A stretch of 63,953 nucleotides of DNA, counting the filler. It is 5 parts of 5 records of this genome, joined end to end, with 100 filler letters (N's around TTAATTAATTAA, not from the genome) between each part and the next. Parts side by side here need not be neighbours in the genome. Positions count along the whole stretch, not along the records: positions 17,415 to 37,908 come from DRR723986_7128; positions 38,009 to 51,515 come from DRR723986_7129; 3 more parts are not named here. One strand, given 5' to 3'. Positions within the stretch are counted from its first letter, which is position 1. Every line of letters begins with the position of its first letter. The translations under genes were made by a program, and so were the position numbers. This document shows, piece by piece, positions 27,978-38,099 of this stretch. Below the pieces are notes generated by a model. It saw only the letters and a list, made by a program, of their open reading frames with translations, was not told the DNA's origin and made no database searches.

Positions 27978-30680
27978 TTAGCCATTGTTGCCTGTGCTGA
28001 ACTTGTTCATGATCTGCTGGGCTGCATCCGTGCGGCCGGTGGCTCGATAGGCTTCGGCCAGATGCATGGCAATTTCCTGGGAATCCGGCGCGAGGGAATG
28101 GGCTTTTTCAAGTACAGCCAGGCTTTGCTCGTGTTCACCAGCCTCGAACAGGATCCACCCGTAGGTATCTGCAATCGCAGCATTTTCGGGCACCAGTTCG
28201 TAGGCGCGTTTGGCCAGTGATGCCGCTTCGCTGTTGCCGGCCTCGTAATACAGCCAGGCGAGATTGTTCAGCGCCAGGGCGTTGTCCGGGGTCAGTTGCA
28301 GAACCTGCTGGTAGTGCTCAATGGCCGCATCTGTCTGGCCTGCTTGCTGGGTTTGAAGCGCCAGTGTAAGCAGAATTGACGAATTGTTCGGGAATTGTTT
28401 GTTGGCTTCCTGCAGTGCTTCTATCGAATTCTGAGATCGGCCGGCGTTAGAGAGTGCGCGAGCATGGGCGATGGCCAGTTCCGCGGTTTGTCGCTTGGCT
28501 AGCGCCAGTTGATAAAGCTCAGCAGCTTGCTGATGTTCGCCCTGGTTTTCGTAATAGCTGGCTTCTATCTGGTAGGGCGCAGGGGAGCTCGGATGATGCT
28601 GCTTGGCATCCTGCAGTGCACTGCGTGCGGCGGTAGCGTTGCCGTTGCTGAATTCAATGGCTGCCACTTTTAAGGCGATGGCCTCGTTCTCAGGGAAGAG
28701 CGCTCGTCCACGGTTCAGGATCTCCAGAGCGCGCTCGCTGTTGTCGCGCTGTGCCATTTGAGTGGCAATGCCTTCATATACCGCAGCGACCAGCGGTTCA
28801 GCCGGCGAGAGCTGGTCTTCCCGCTCTCTTTCCATCAATCGGGCGGTCAGTTCATCGGCTCGCAACGTATCGTTGTTGATCAGCGCGGATTCCAGAAGGA
28901 TCAGCCGCGGTCCGTTTGCCTCAGGATGTTTGCTGCTGATTTCCTGCATCAGCCCGGTCAGTTGATCGCGCTTCATCACACCGGCAAGGGCCTGAATGGC
29001 GGGCAGGTTGTTCGGGTTGGTTTCGACCGCCTGGCGGTACCAGGCAATCGCCTGCTCCGTGTTCTGCTGTTCGCGGGCAAGGTTGCCCAGAGCTACCAGA
29101 GGAGCTGCTTCTTCCGGGTGTTGCTTATGCGCCCGCTCAAAGTAACTGGCAGCCTGCTGAAAGTTGTTCAGGCTGCTGGCGAGGCTCCCGCGGGCAATCA
29201 GGGCAGCCATGCTGTCCGGATTGGATCTAAGCCAGGTATCAAGTGTTTCCGCCGCTGTCTGTGAGTTGCCAGACAACGCTTGGGCTTGGGATATCAGGAT
29301 CGTGGCCTGCAGGCCCTCCGTGGCATCCGATGGAATCTGACTGGCCTGTTTGATGGCATTGGCGAAATCTCGGGTTTGAGTGAGATAAGCCGCATAGCGC
29401 AAACGCAGGTTGTGGTTCTCCGGTGCCAGTTCCAGCGACCTCTCCAGTAGCTGGCGGCCACTCTGGTCATCGCCAGAGGCCAGGCTTGCAATTCCTACCA
29501 GAGCCAGTGTTTGTGGATCGGCGTCGCTGCCTTCCAGGTCTTCCAGCAGTGATTTTGCACCTGCCGGGTCGCGCATGGATATGCGGGTGGCGGCCAGGAG
29601 TTTGCGTACTTCATCGGCGTCTTCCATATCGGCCAGCGGTGCAAGCAGTTTCTCCGCCTCTTGGGGGCGGCCTTGCCGATAACGTATTACGCCAAGCATC
29701 AGCGCACTTTGTTGATGGTTGGGAACCTGGTTAAGGACTTCCTGCAGATACCTGGCGGCAGTATTCAGGTCGCCATCATTATAGGCTGAAGCCGCGGCTT
29801 CCAGGTTGCTTTTGATCGTACCCGGACCTGACTTGGCAAGGATTTCCTCATAGACAAATGCCTCCGCCGATTTGCCCTGCTCACGCAAAACGGTGATCAG
29901 GGCCGAAATGGTCTGGTATTTCCGGAAGGTCATAACGTCGAACTGGCCAATGGTCTCCAGTGCGCGTATGTACGCCTGTTCTGCTTCGGCCCATTGTTGC
30001 TGGGCATGGGCGAATTGCGCTTTCCAGAGCCAGACGTCCTCGTGTTCAGCGTCAATTTCTATGGCTTTCTCAAGGCGTTCCTTTGCAGTGTCGAAGTCGC
30101 CCTTGGCCGTGGCAACCCGGGACAGGCCGACCATGGCAACGACGTTATTGCTGTGATTGTCGAACGCGCTCTGATAGGCCTCTTCGGCCTTGTCAAAGCC
30201 GCCGCTGGTCAACCAGGCGCGTCCTTTCAGGTTGTCTGCCTGCAGCTGTTGATCCGGAGAGGGCGATGAGATCTGGTCCAGAGATTCCAGGGCTTCCTGA
30301 TTTTTACCCTGGAGAATACGGGCTTCAGCCCGGATCAACGCAGCCTGGTTGCGCTCCGATTGTCCCAGCTCCTCGATGTTCGTGTTCTCAAGGAGTTTGT
30401 CCAGTTGCCGTTCAGCGTTCGCCGCATCACCGGCAGTAAGTAGGTTGTGGATGATGACAAAGTAGGGGGCGGTGCGATTCGGCTGAAGATCGATGGCGCT
30501 TCTGGCCTCGATGGTGCTTGCCTTCAACTCACCCTGGCGCTGGAAAAACCGCGCCTGGTCTACATGGCTGATGTACTGAATGTCTTCCTGAGACATGTCC
30601 GGTTCGCTGTTGCACCCCGTCACGGCCAAAGCGATGGCAGCAGAGAGCAGTGATGCACGCGCAATAGTTCTGATCTTCAT
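27978..30680 (-). CDS. prsT: PEP-CTERM system TPR-repeat lipoprotein PrsT
   Basis: Lipobox VTGC, many TPRs and terminal ALNNLAWLY...IADTYGWILF. Directly downstream of prsR. Confidence 0.85.
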   Translation of the reverse strand: MKIRTIARASLLSAAIALAVTGCNSEPDMSQEDIQYISHVDQARFFQRQGELKASTIEARSAIDLQPNRTAPYFVIIHNLLTAGDAANAERQLDKLLENTNIEELGQSERNQAALIRAEARILQGKNQEALESLDQISSPSPDQQLQADNLKGRAWLTSGGFDKAEEAYQSAFDNHSNNVVAMVGLSRVATAKGDFDTAKERLEKAIEIDAEHEDVWLWKAQFAHAQQQWAEAEQAYIRALETIGQFDVMTFRKYQTISALITVLREQGKSAEAFVYEEILAKSGPGTIKSNLEAAASAYNDGDLNTAARYLQEVLNQVPNHQQSALMLGVIRYRQGRPQEAEKLLAPLADMEDADEVRKLLAATRISMRDPAGAKSLLEDLEGSDADPQTLALVGIASLASGDDQSGRQLLERSLELAPENHNLRLRYAAYLTQTRDFANAIKQASQIPSDATEGLQATILISQAQALSGNSQTAAETLDTWLRSNPDSMAALIARGSLASSLNNFQQAASYFERAHKQHPEEAAPLVALGNLAREQQNTEQAIAWYRQAVETNPNNLPAIQALAGVMKRDQLTGLMQEISSKHPEANGPRLILLESALINNDTLRADELTARLMEREREDQLSPAEPLVAAVYEGIATQMAQRDNSERALEILNRGRALFPENEAIALKVAAIEFSNGNATAARSALQDAKQHHPSSPAPYQIEASYYENQGEHQQAAELYQLALAKRQTAELAIAHARALSNAGRSQNSIEALQEANKQFPNNSSILLTLALQTQQAGQTDAAIEHYQQVLQLTPDNALALNNLAWLYYEAGNSEAASLAKRAYELVPENAAIADTYGWILFEAGEHEQSLAVLEKAHSLAPDSQEIAMHLAEAYRATGRTDAAQQIMNKFSTGNNG

Positions 30681-30730
30681 GCCCTGTTCCTTCCTTCGTC
30701 GGGTCTTGTTCTGTTCCAGCATTGGGTGTC

Positions 30731-32101
30731 TCAGGCCTCGTTAGGGGCTGTGTTGGTCTCAATACGGTACTTATCGGTCAGGTTGTATAGCGTCGGGCGG
30801 GTAACGCCCAGAAGGCGCGATGCCTGAGCCATGTTGAAGTTGCTGGTGGTCAGGGCCTGCATAATAGCTTTTCGTTCTGCGGCTTCACGTACCTGGCGCA
30901 GGTTTAGCTGAAAGTCGGTGTCGCAGCCTTCGAGGGGCAGTACTAGGTCCTCGGCGGTGATGCGCTTGCCATCGGCCATAATGATCGCCCGCTTCACCTT
31001 GTTGATCATTTCCCGCACGTTGCCTGGCCAGCTATAGGTATTGATGGCCTGAACAGCGTCGTCCGAGAACGTGAGGTTCGGGCGGTCCATCTGTTTGCCC
31101 AGGGCTTTTAAGAGGGACTGTGCGATCACCAGTGGGTCGCCATCCCGCTCACGCAGGGCGGGGACATCCAGGGTGATTTCACTGATTCGGTAATACAGGT
31201 CTTCCCGGAAATCCCCCTGGGCAATCAGGTCCTGAACATTCCGGTGTGTGGCGCACACCACCCGGACATCAACCGGAATTGGTTTTACTGAACCTACCCG
31301 GTCGACCACCCGTTCTTGCAGGAACCGAAGCAGTTTGGCCTGCAGCGCCATCGGCATGTCGCCAATTTCGTCGAGAAACAGGGTGCCGCCGTTGGCGCTC
31401 TCAATCTTGCCTTTTTTGGATTGGGTCGCCCCGGTAAAGGAGCCTTTCTCGAACCCGAATAGTTCACTTTCCAGCAGGTTTTCCGGAATGGCGGCGCAGT
31501 TGATGGCCGCGAAGGGTTTGTCGGCGCGATGGCTCAGGTCGTGCAGTGCCCGGGCCAGGAGTTCCTTGCCGGTACCGGTTTCGCCGGTAATCAGGGTGGT
31601 GACATCTGTCGGCGCTACTTTTTCGACCGTGCGGCAAATCACCAGCATTTCGGGGCTGGCGGCAACAATGCCTTTGATGTTGGTGCCATTGCCTTGCGAG
31701 GACAGTTCGCGGTTTTCTTTTTCCAGTTCCGCGAGGCGGAATGCCCGATTTACCACAAAGGTAAGGATGTCGGCATCCAACGGCTTCTGATAGAAGTCGC
31801 AGGCTCCCATGCCTATGGCCTTGACGGCGTTTTCCTTGTCTTCCCTGCCAGTCACCACGATCACTTTGGTCATGGGCGCCAGGCGAAGGATATCTTCCAA
31901 AAGGGCGAAACCTTCTGTGGCGCCGCCGGGGTCGGGTGGCAAGCCAAGATCCAGCGTCACCACTTCAGGCTCGAGACGCCGAAGTGCCGTTAGCGCTGCC
32001 TCACGATCAGCGGCCACCGAGACTTCAATGTCTTCACTGAAGCACCATCGCATCTGGCTCTGGAGGCCAGGATCATCCTCGACTATCAATAACTGCTTCA
32101 C
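30731..32101 (-). CDS. prsR: PEP-CTERM-box sigma-54 response regulator PrsR
   Basis: REC domain (LLIVEDDPGLQSQMRW, TLDLGLPPDP), AAA+ domain (GETGTGKE, GSFTGA, LFLDEIG) and Fis HTH (LGVTRPTLY). GTG start. Confidence 0.95.
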   Translation of the reverse strand: MKQLLIVEDDPGLQSQMRWCFSEDIEVSVAADREAALTALRRLEPEVVTLDLGLPPDPGGATEGFALLEDILRLAPMTKVIVVTGREDKENAVKAIGMGACDFYQKPLDADILTFVVNRAFRLAELEKENRELSSQGNGTNIKGIVAASPEMLVICRTVEKVAPTDVTTLITGETGTGKELLARALHDLSHRADKPFAAINCAAIPENLLESELFGFEKGSFTGATQSKKGKIESANGGTLFLDEIGDMPMALQAKLLRFLQERVVDRVGSVKPIPVDVRVVCATHRNVQDLIAQGDFREDLYYRISEITLDVPALRERDGDPLVIAQSLLKALGKQMDRPNLTFSDDAVQAINTYSWPGNVREMINKVKRAIIMADGKRITAEDLVLPLEGCDTDFQLNLRQVREAAERKAIMQALTTSNFNMAQASRLLGVTRPTLYNLTDKYRIETNTAPNEA

Positions 32102-32236
32102 AACAACAACCAGTCCTTTGTTCCGTGTTCATATCGGATAGACGCCCATGAGGCGAACGCGATTCCATGACTCTGATTCTTAACTGAACATTGACACTTT
32201 GCAATGCTCGCTTAGTAAAATAGTCTTCTCCGCCGG

Positions 32237-34375
32237 TTAATTGACGGCTTGCCTGCCTTCCTGCAAACCGGAATCTGTCGGTTCCGGCTTGTTCCCGGCT
32301 GATTCGCCGGTCTCTGCATTGGCCAGCGGAATACGTACCGAAAAGCAGGAGCCCAGGCCGGGCTCGCTGGTTACGTCAATCGAACCGCCCAGTTCCTGTA
32401 TGTATTCCCGGGCCTGATAGGCTCCAATCCCCATACCGGTAAGCCCTTTGGTGCTTTCGAAGGGTTTGAAAAGCCGGGTGCGGATAAACTCTTCCGTCAT
32501 GCCGCTGCCGGTATCCTGTATAAACAGCACCACGCTGCCTTTGGCCGTTTTCAGGTTCAGTGTGATTTCCCCGGTTGGAGCCGTGGCGTCCTGGGCGTTG
32601 CTAATCAGGTGGCCCAGCACGCTGCGCAGTTGTTCTTTGTCGGCACATACCTGGATGGCTGGTGGAGCGCCCAGGAGCACCGGTGCCGGGCTGCGGCGGC
32701 TGTTGTCTTCAATCAGCTCGCGGACCAGTTGGGTCAGGTCTATGGGAGCACGTTGCTCGTCCGCCCCGGAGGATGGTTTGCGGATATGATCAACGAGGTT
32801 CGACATTTTACGGACCGCATGATCGGTGGTGGCAATCATGTCGTCGATAAAGGCTGGGTTGTTGCGATGTTTGGGCGCATTCTTGACCAGCAGGGACAAT
32901 TGGGCGATTAGTGTTTTCAGGTCATGCACCATGAACGCGCTGGCCTTGCTGACGGCTTCAAACTGCATGGCCCGTGAGAGCCGGTTCTGGGCATCGTTCT
33001 GGGCGATGAGGTTACAGGTCTGGCGGGCCACCACCTTGATCAGGTCGAAGTTCTCCCAGTTAAGCTCCACCCTGGCGTAGGGCTCGCCGACCATGGCAAT
33101 GCCATAGAGTTCGTTATCAAGATACAGGGGGATGATCAGCCAGGCTTCCGGGGTCTTGGTGATGGAGTCCGGTATCTCCAGCAGGTTGTAGCTCACCGGG
33201 TCTTCCCGATATTCGCTCAGGTCTATGATCCATTCACGATCTTTGAAGAACTTCACCATGTCTGAGTCTTCATCAATGATGGTGTACCTGGGGGTGGCAA
33301 TGTTCACGCTGGCTTTCAGGTGGAAATCTTTTTGCTCGCCCTTTATCCAGATCGCACCGGCATTGCTTTCCACCAGTCCGGCCAGAATACGCACTACTCG
33401 CTCGGGCAGGGGTGGTTCATTGCTCAGGTTGGCAAGTTCCTTGGTGAGCTTGAGCCATTCATCGCGATAGTCGTACTTGTAGTCGAAGAAGTTCTGGCTG
33501 ATGAAGACCATCAGGCGGCTGCGAATACGTCGCGATAACAGAAGTGTCACCAGAAATGCCAGCGAAACGGTGATGAACAGAACCTGAAGGGCTTCGCCCC
33601 ATTCACCACCCAGGGCGCGCACGTAGTAACCGCCGATAGCCAGCAGCAACAGGTATCCGCCGGCGAAGATGAGTGTGCCCGCGTGAAATACTGCCGAGCG
33701 GGACAGCTGGAAGTCCACAGGTTGTTTGCGTGTGTTCACCACATTGACGGCGAACAAGGGCATGAGTGCTGCGTTAACAAAGCCGCGGGCATTCCAGAAC
33801 GAATCTGCGACCTGCCCAAATAGCAGAGCATCGGCATACATAAAGAAATCAAAGGTGAAGATGGTGCCAACACCGATGCACAGGTACTTCATGCTGGACC
33901 GGCCGAACGCGGTAGAGTTTCGCCAAATCTGCTCAACCAGAGACAGGCCCAGAAGTGACAGCGCGATCTGGCCAATCACCTTGGTTTTACCGCTGACCAG
34001 ATCAATGTTGATGGCGAACTCCAATGTGCCAAGGACCAGTAAGGTGACAACCAGTATCGCCGTCGCGGCGCCCAAAACCTTTTTGACCTGACCGCCGAAT
34101 TGACCCTGGCGAAAACCATCGCGAAGCATTGAGAACAACAGGAGTATCCAGGCTGTGTCTCTGAGCAGTTCCAGGAGGTAGCGGGTGAAGAATCCAGGCA
34201 ACCCCCAAAGGCTCTGGGTAACCAGAACGGAGGCCCATAGGGCAGTCACGGTGGCAGCAAGGAACAGGGCACGATCAATGTCGCGGCGAAGATAACGGGT
34301 AGCCACAAGAACGGCCAGCACCGCAAAGACAGCGGCTGCCGCACCGTGACTGATCACGCTGAGATCCCTGAACAT
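32237..34375 (-). CDS. prsK: PEP-CTERM system histidine kinase PrsK
   Basis: Multi-TM N-terminus, KYDYRDEWL, GAF-like region, AFMVHDLKTLIAQLSLL...HRNNPAFIDD and GMGIGAYQARE. Confidence 0.95.
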   Translation of the reverse strand: MFRDLSVISHGAAAAVFAVLAVLVATRYLRRDIDRALFLAATVTALWASVLVTQSLWGLPGFFTRYLLELLRDTAWILLLFSMLRDGFRQGQFGGQVKKVLGAATAILVVTLLVLGTLEFAINIDLVSGKTKVIGQIALSLLGLSLVEQIWRNSTAFGRSSMKYLCIGVGTIFTFDFFMYADALLFGQVADSFWNARGFVNAALMPLFAVNVVNTRKQPVDFQLSRSAVFHAGTLIFAGGYLLLLAIGGYYVRALGGEWGEALQVLFITVSLAFLVTLLLSRRIRSRLMVFISQNFFDYKYDYRDEWLKLTKELANLSNEPPLPERVVRILAGLVESNAGAIWIKGEQKDFHLKASVNIATPRYTIIDEDSDMVKFFKDREWIIDLSEYREDPVSYNLLEIPDSITKTPEAWLIIPLYLDNELYGIAMVGEPYARVELNWENFDLIKVVARQTCNLIAQNDAQNRLSRAMQFEAVSKASAFMVHDLKTLIAQLSLLVKNAPKHRNNPAFIDDMIATTDHAVRKMSNLVDHIRKPSSGADEQRAPIDLTQLVRELIEDNSRRSPAPVLLGAPPAIQVCADKEQLRSVLGHLISNAQDATAPTGEITLNLKTAKGSVVLFIQDTGSGMTEEFIRTRLFKPFESTKGLTGMGIGAYQAREYIQELGGSIDVTSEPGLGSCFSVRIPLANAETGESAGNKPEPTDSGLQEGRQAVN

Positions 34376-34499
34376 TAGCTCTTTCCTTGAACACCGGGAA
34401 TCCCGGGCCTGCCGGTGCCCGGGTACTGTATTTAATATGTACAGGGTAGCGCCGAAAAGGGCCGCTCGTCTATTTGAATACTCAAATTACCGATGAGTT

Positions 34500-35447
34500 T
34501 CACACCGGTTTTTTGTTATCGCGATAATACCGGAAAATCTCTTTCAATGGCCGTTTGGGCTCAAAACCGAATTCCCGGGCGAAGGCGCGACCGTCGATCA
34601 CCACCGGATATTTGAAGAATGCCATCAGGTAGGGAGGGAAACTGCGCAGGTTCAGAACCCGGGCAATGGCCTTCGGCACGCTTGGTGGAATGGAGGGAAT
34701 GGGTATGGTTTTGCAACCGCAGAGCTTCAGGGCGTGCTGGTAGGCGACCCAGTCTTGCGGCGCGACATTGAACACGCCTTTTACGGGCTTTGCCCAGGCG
34801 GCGACAATGGCGTCCGCCATATCGTCGATATGGATGAACTGCATCATCGGCGAAAAGCCAGCCAATACGGGTGCCCGCTCACTGCTGAGCAGGGTGCTCA
34901 TGGTATTGCGAACACCGGGGCCCACGATGTTGCAGGGCCGAAGAATAGTGATATTGAGTTTCGGGTAGCGCCAAAGATAGATGTTGGCAAGGTTCTCAAG
35001 CTCCACTGAATCCACCAGGTCCGCGCTCAGGCCCGCGCTTTTGAGGGGGGCGGACTCGTCAATCAGCGCCGGGTTATAGGCCACGGCACCATAGACGTGG
35101 TAGGTGGAGAGCACAATCACCCGGCGTATGCCGTATTTGTGGGACAGGTCCAGTAGCTTCTGGGTGCCCAGTACATTGGCGTTATAGCGGCGCATGCGGG
35201 TCAGTTGGCTGGAGAGGATGCGGCCGAGATGTATCACGCCATCAAACTCATAGCGTCGGAACAGGTCTTCGAAGACCCGCTTGTTGAAGTCAATGCAGTA
35301 GCTGGGGATGTCGTCGCCCAGGTAAACCTGTTCCCGGAAATCGACGGCCACCAGGTCGCAGCTTTCTCGCAGGCGGCGGATCACTTGCTGGGCCAGCGCA
35401 CCGGCAGCACCTGTGATCAGAATGCGGGGTCTTTGGTGCTTGCTCAT
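34500..35447 (-). CDS. Atypical extended SDR / NAD-dependent epimerase-like protein
   Basis: Rossmann start ILITGAAGALA, NVLGT, STYHVYG, LRPCNIVGP and QFIHIDD. No YxxxK motif visible. Confidence 0.85.
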   Translation of the reverse strand: MSKHQRPRILITGAAGALAQQVIRRLRESCDLVAVDFREQVYLGDDIPSYCIDFNKRVFEDLFRRYEFDGVIHLGRILSSQLTRMRRYNANVLGTQKLLDLSHKYGIRRVIVLSTYHVYGAVAYNPALIDESAPLKSAGLSADLVDSVELENLANIYLWRYPKLNITILRPCNIVGPGVRNTMSTLLSSERAPVLAGFSPMMQFIHIDDMADAIVAAWAKPVKGVFNVAPQDWVAYQHALKLCGCKTIPIPSIPPSVPKAIARVLNLRSFPPYLMAFFKYPVVIDGRAFAREFGFEPKRPLKEIFRYYRDNKKPV

Positions 35448-36262
35448 CAGAACAGCCTTTTCCTTTCGCTCAGTCCCTTGTCAATCAGTCTGCTGATCTC
35501 GGCTTTCACAGCCTCCACCCGTTCGGTGACCTGCTCTTCAGGGATTTCGGTATCATCAAAATACATGGGTTCCCCGAAATTCAGGTGTACCTTGGCGGGG
35601 AGCACCACGGGCAGGGCGACAGGAACGTAGGGTACGCCCAGGGCATTGGCCAGTGGCTTGATGTTGGCAATGGCCGGGATGGTCTCTTCGCAGCCCACTA
35701 CGCCCACAGGCACAATGGGCGCCTTGTACTTCATGGCCAGATGCATAAAACCGTTGCCGAAACGTTTCAGTTGATACCTGTCCCGGTAGAGCTTGCCGGA
35801 GCCTCTTACGCCCTCCGGAAACACAATCACTGCTTCATTGTTGGCGAGCATCTTCGCGCAGTTGACCGGGTCTCCGAGCACGGCGCCGATTTCGTTCAGG
35901 AGATTGCCAAGCCACGGCACCGTCGGAAAGAAGCGCTCGATCATGGCGCGGGGAATTCGAGGATTTTTTTCCCGTGAGGCGAGGGCATAACCAATGAGCA
36001 GGCCGTCGATGGGTAACTGGCCGGAGTGGTTGGCAATAATCAGCACCGGGCCCTCTGCCGGCACATTGTCAACGCCGGAGGCGCTGACCCGAAAGTATTT
36101 CTCGTAGATTTGTCGGGCAACGGAAAAACCGTACTTCACCGCTTCGTTGTTATAACCCCATGGATCGTAGCCCAGTGTGCCGATGGGTTTGCGAATGCGG
36201 TTTACCTGTTCGTCCAGTTCCGCTGGTATCAGTTTCGATCTCAGATACGATGCCAGGCCCAT
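35447..36262 (-). CDS. Lysophospholipid/acylglycerol acyltransferase (PlsC-like)
   Basis: NHSGQLPID (HX4D) and VFPEG motifs. One-nt stop/start overlap with the SDR gene. Confidence 0.9.
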   Translation of the reverse strand: MGLASYLRSKLIPAELDEQVNRIRKPIGTLGYDPWGYNNEAVKYGFSVARQIYEKYFRVSASGVDNVPAEGPVLIIANHSGQLPIDGLLIGYALASREKNPRIPRAMIERFFPTVPWLGNLLNEIGAVLGDPVNCAKMLANNEAVIVFPEGVRGSGKLYRDRYQLKRFGNGFMHLAMKYKAPIVPVGVVGCEETIPAIANIKPLANALGVPYVPVALPVVLPAKVHLNFGEPMYFDDTEIPEEQVTERVEAVKAEISRLIDKGLSERKRLF

Positions 36263-36292
36263 GCCCGCTCCCTGTGTCAAAGAAGTTGCCGC

Positions 36293-37213
36293 TCAGGCGC
36301 GGCCGATGAATACGCCCAGTGTGTGGCTCTGGCCTTCATTTAATACCCGATAATCCGATGCTGCATTGGCTGTTTCGACGCACAGCATTTTCTGCCAGGC
36401 AGAGTCTGGAAAATCAGAAAGACGCTGCGCTTTTCCCGGGCCCGGGTTCCAGACCACGGTTGAATCGCTACCCACAGACGTAAGCTTTCGCTTGCCGGAA
36501 GGTGTTACTACGGTCAGTGCTTCGCCGGTTTCGTATATCCGGTCCACTTCACCTTCGAAATACACTGGCCCTTCCTGTGAGACGTAGTCCCAGTCTTTCA
36601 GCGTGTCGATGTACTGGCTGTTTCCCAGGCCCAGCACGCGGGTTCGCTGAATGTCGTCAGTGGGCAGGTAAGTGTGAAGGGCCTGGCTGAACGCCAGCGG
36701 CGCTTTCGAAAGATTGGTGGTTGTCAGGGCGATCTGGCAACCGCGAATGGAAAAACTGAAGGTGATCAGGGCCAGGGCTTGGCCGTCCCAGTGTTCCTGG
36801 AAATCGTCGTTGGCGCTGAGGGACAGGCTGACTTCTACCTCGTGGGCGCTTTCCCGAACATCTTCCAGCCGCCATAAAGCGGTGCGGGAAAAGCCATGGG
36901 CTGAGGATGACGCTATGCGCTTGCGGATTTCCGGCGGGTTCCGGAGTGGGTCTCCAAACCAGGGCCAGCACACGGGAATGCCACCGCGAATTGCTCGGCC
37001 AGGTTGAAAACGGGCGAGTTCACTGAGCCAGAGCCAGTTGCGTTCATCCTTTGGCGCGAAATGGGTGAGGTGTGCCCCCTGTAGAAACAACGTGGCCTGG
37101 AACAATGGGTGATGAACTTCAAGTGCCTCCAGTTGCCCGATGGTACTCCAGCGGGTAAATGACCAGTTGCCCGGGCCTCCGGTTGCTGGCGGCTTGCTAC
37201 TGCTATCCGACAT
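36293..37213 (-). CDS. D-hexose-6-phosphate mutarotase (YeaD-like)
   Basis: Motifs AIRGGIPVCWPWFG, HGFSR, ALHTYL, EVDRIY, VVWNPG and MLCVETAN. Confidence 0.93.
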   Translation of the reverse strand: MSDSSSKPPATGGPGNWSFTRWSTIGQLEALEVHHPLFQATLFLQGAHLTHFAPKDERNWLWLSELARFQPGRAIRGGIPVCWPWFGDPLRNPPEIRKRIASSSAHGFSRTALWRLEDVRESAHEVEVSLSLSANDDFQEHWDGQALALITFSFSIRGCQIALTTTNLSKAPLAFSQALHTYLPTDDIQRTRVLGLGNSQYIDTLKDWDYVSQEGPVYFEGEVDRIYETGEALTVVTPSGKRKLTSVGSDSTVVWNPGPGKAQRLSDFPDSAWQKMLCVETANAASDYRVLNEGQSHTLGVFIGRA

Positions 37214-37322
37214 ATTCAGAAACGGCTTCCTTTAGGTAAAACTCCGTAGCTTCAGAGTAATTTAAAACCGTGCGCGCGGCGAGTTTCTGAATACAATACG
37301 TCAAAATTGTGAGGGTCTGAAC

Positions 37323-37908
37323 ATGGAATCAGAAAATCCTGTAGCGTCGGTCTTGCCGATGCCGGAGCCGCTTCTCGAGCAGTCCGCGGGCCAGTTGGAC
37401 AAGGTGGCTGGAGACATTATCGGGGCAGCTGGCCGCTGTGATTCTTTGTTGGTCTCCGATGGCTGGTTGGATGAACTCGCCGATAGCCTGAGCGAGAAAG
37501 CCTGGATTGAGCTGGATCTGCTCGGTCATTTGCCCGTTGGCCTGATCGCTGCGCTTCGTAACGAGGTAGAGATACTGGACCGTACCGAAGCCATGGGGCG
37601 AGCAGGGATTGGGCGCGGTGCCGATCTGACCCGTGATCGCAGCGTCCGCCGGGATAAAATCGCCTGGCTTGATGGCTATACCGCCGCCCAGTCGGAGCTG
37701 TTCCGGTTCTTTGATTCCCTGCGGGTTGGTCTGAACCAGCGCCTGTTTCTTGGGCTGAAGCGCTATGAAGCGCATTATGCCACCTACCAGCCTGGCGATT
37801 TCTACAAGCGCCACCTGGACAGTTTCCGGGGCAGGGCATCCCGAGTGGTCAGCCTGGTGCTGTATCTGAATGAAGGATGGCAGCTGCAAGACGGGGGAGA
37901 GTTGCGGG
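37323..37908 (+). CDS. 2OG-Fe(II) oxygenase, prolyl-hydroxylase (SM-20/EGLN-like), 3'-truncated
   Basis: Motifs VRRDKIAWL and YQPGDFYKRHLD (HxD), then SLVLYLNEGW...GGELR. Confidence 0.85.
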
Positions 37909-38008
37909 NNNNNNNNNNNNNNNNNNNNNNNNNNNNNNNNNNNNNNNNNNNNTTAATTAATTAANNNNNNNNNNNNNNNNNNNNNNNNNNNNNNNNNNNN
38001 NNNNNNNN
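37909..38008. other. Artificial contig spacer
   Basis: N44-TTAATTAATTAA-N44. Confidence 0.99.
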
Positions 38009-38037
38009 AAAGGCTAATCACGCATAGAGAACGGCAG

Positions 38038-38085
38038 GCGGGAGGCGGAGCTCAGCGTTGCTGATGGTCCGGCCTCCCGTTTTTA
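38038..38085 (+). terminator. Terminator-like hairpin immediately upstream of meaB
   Basis: Stem GCGGGAGGC...GCCTCCCGT followed by a T run, after a TAA at the contig start. Confidence 0.55.
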
Positions 38086-38099
38086 TATTGGCAGGGATT

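Noticed and set aside
34426-34444. CTGT...ACAG as a LexA box upstream of prsK
   Set aside because: The spacer is 11 nt, not the required 8. It fits TGT-N11-ACA better.
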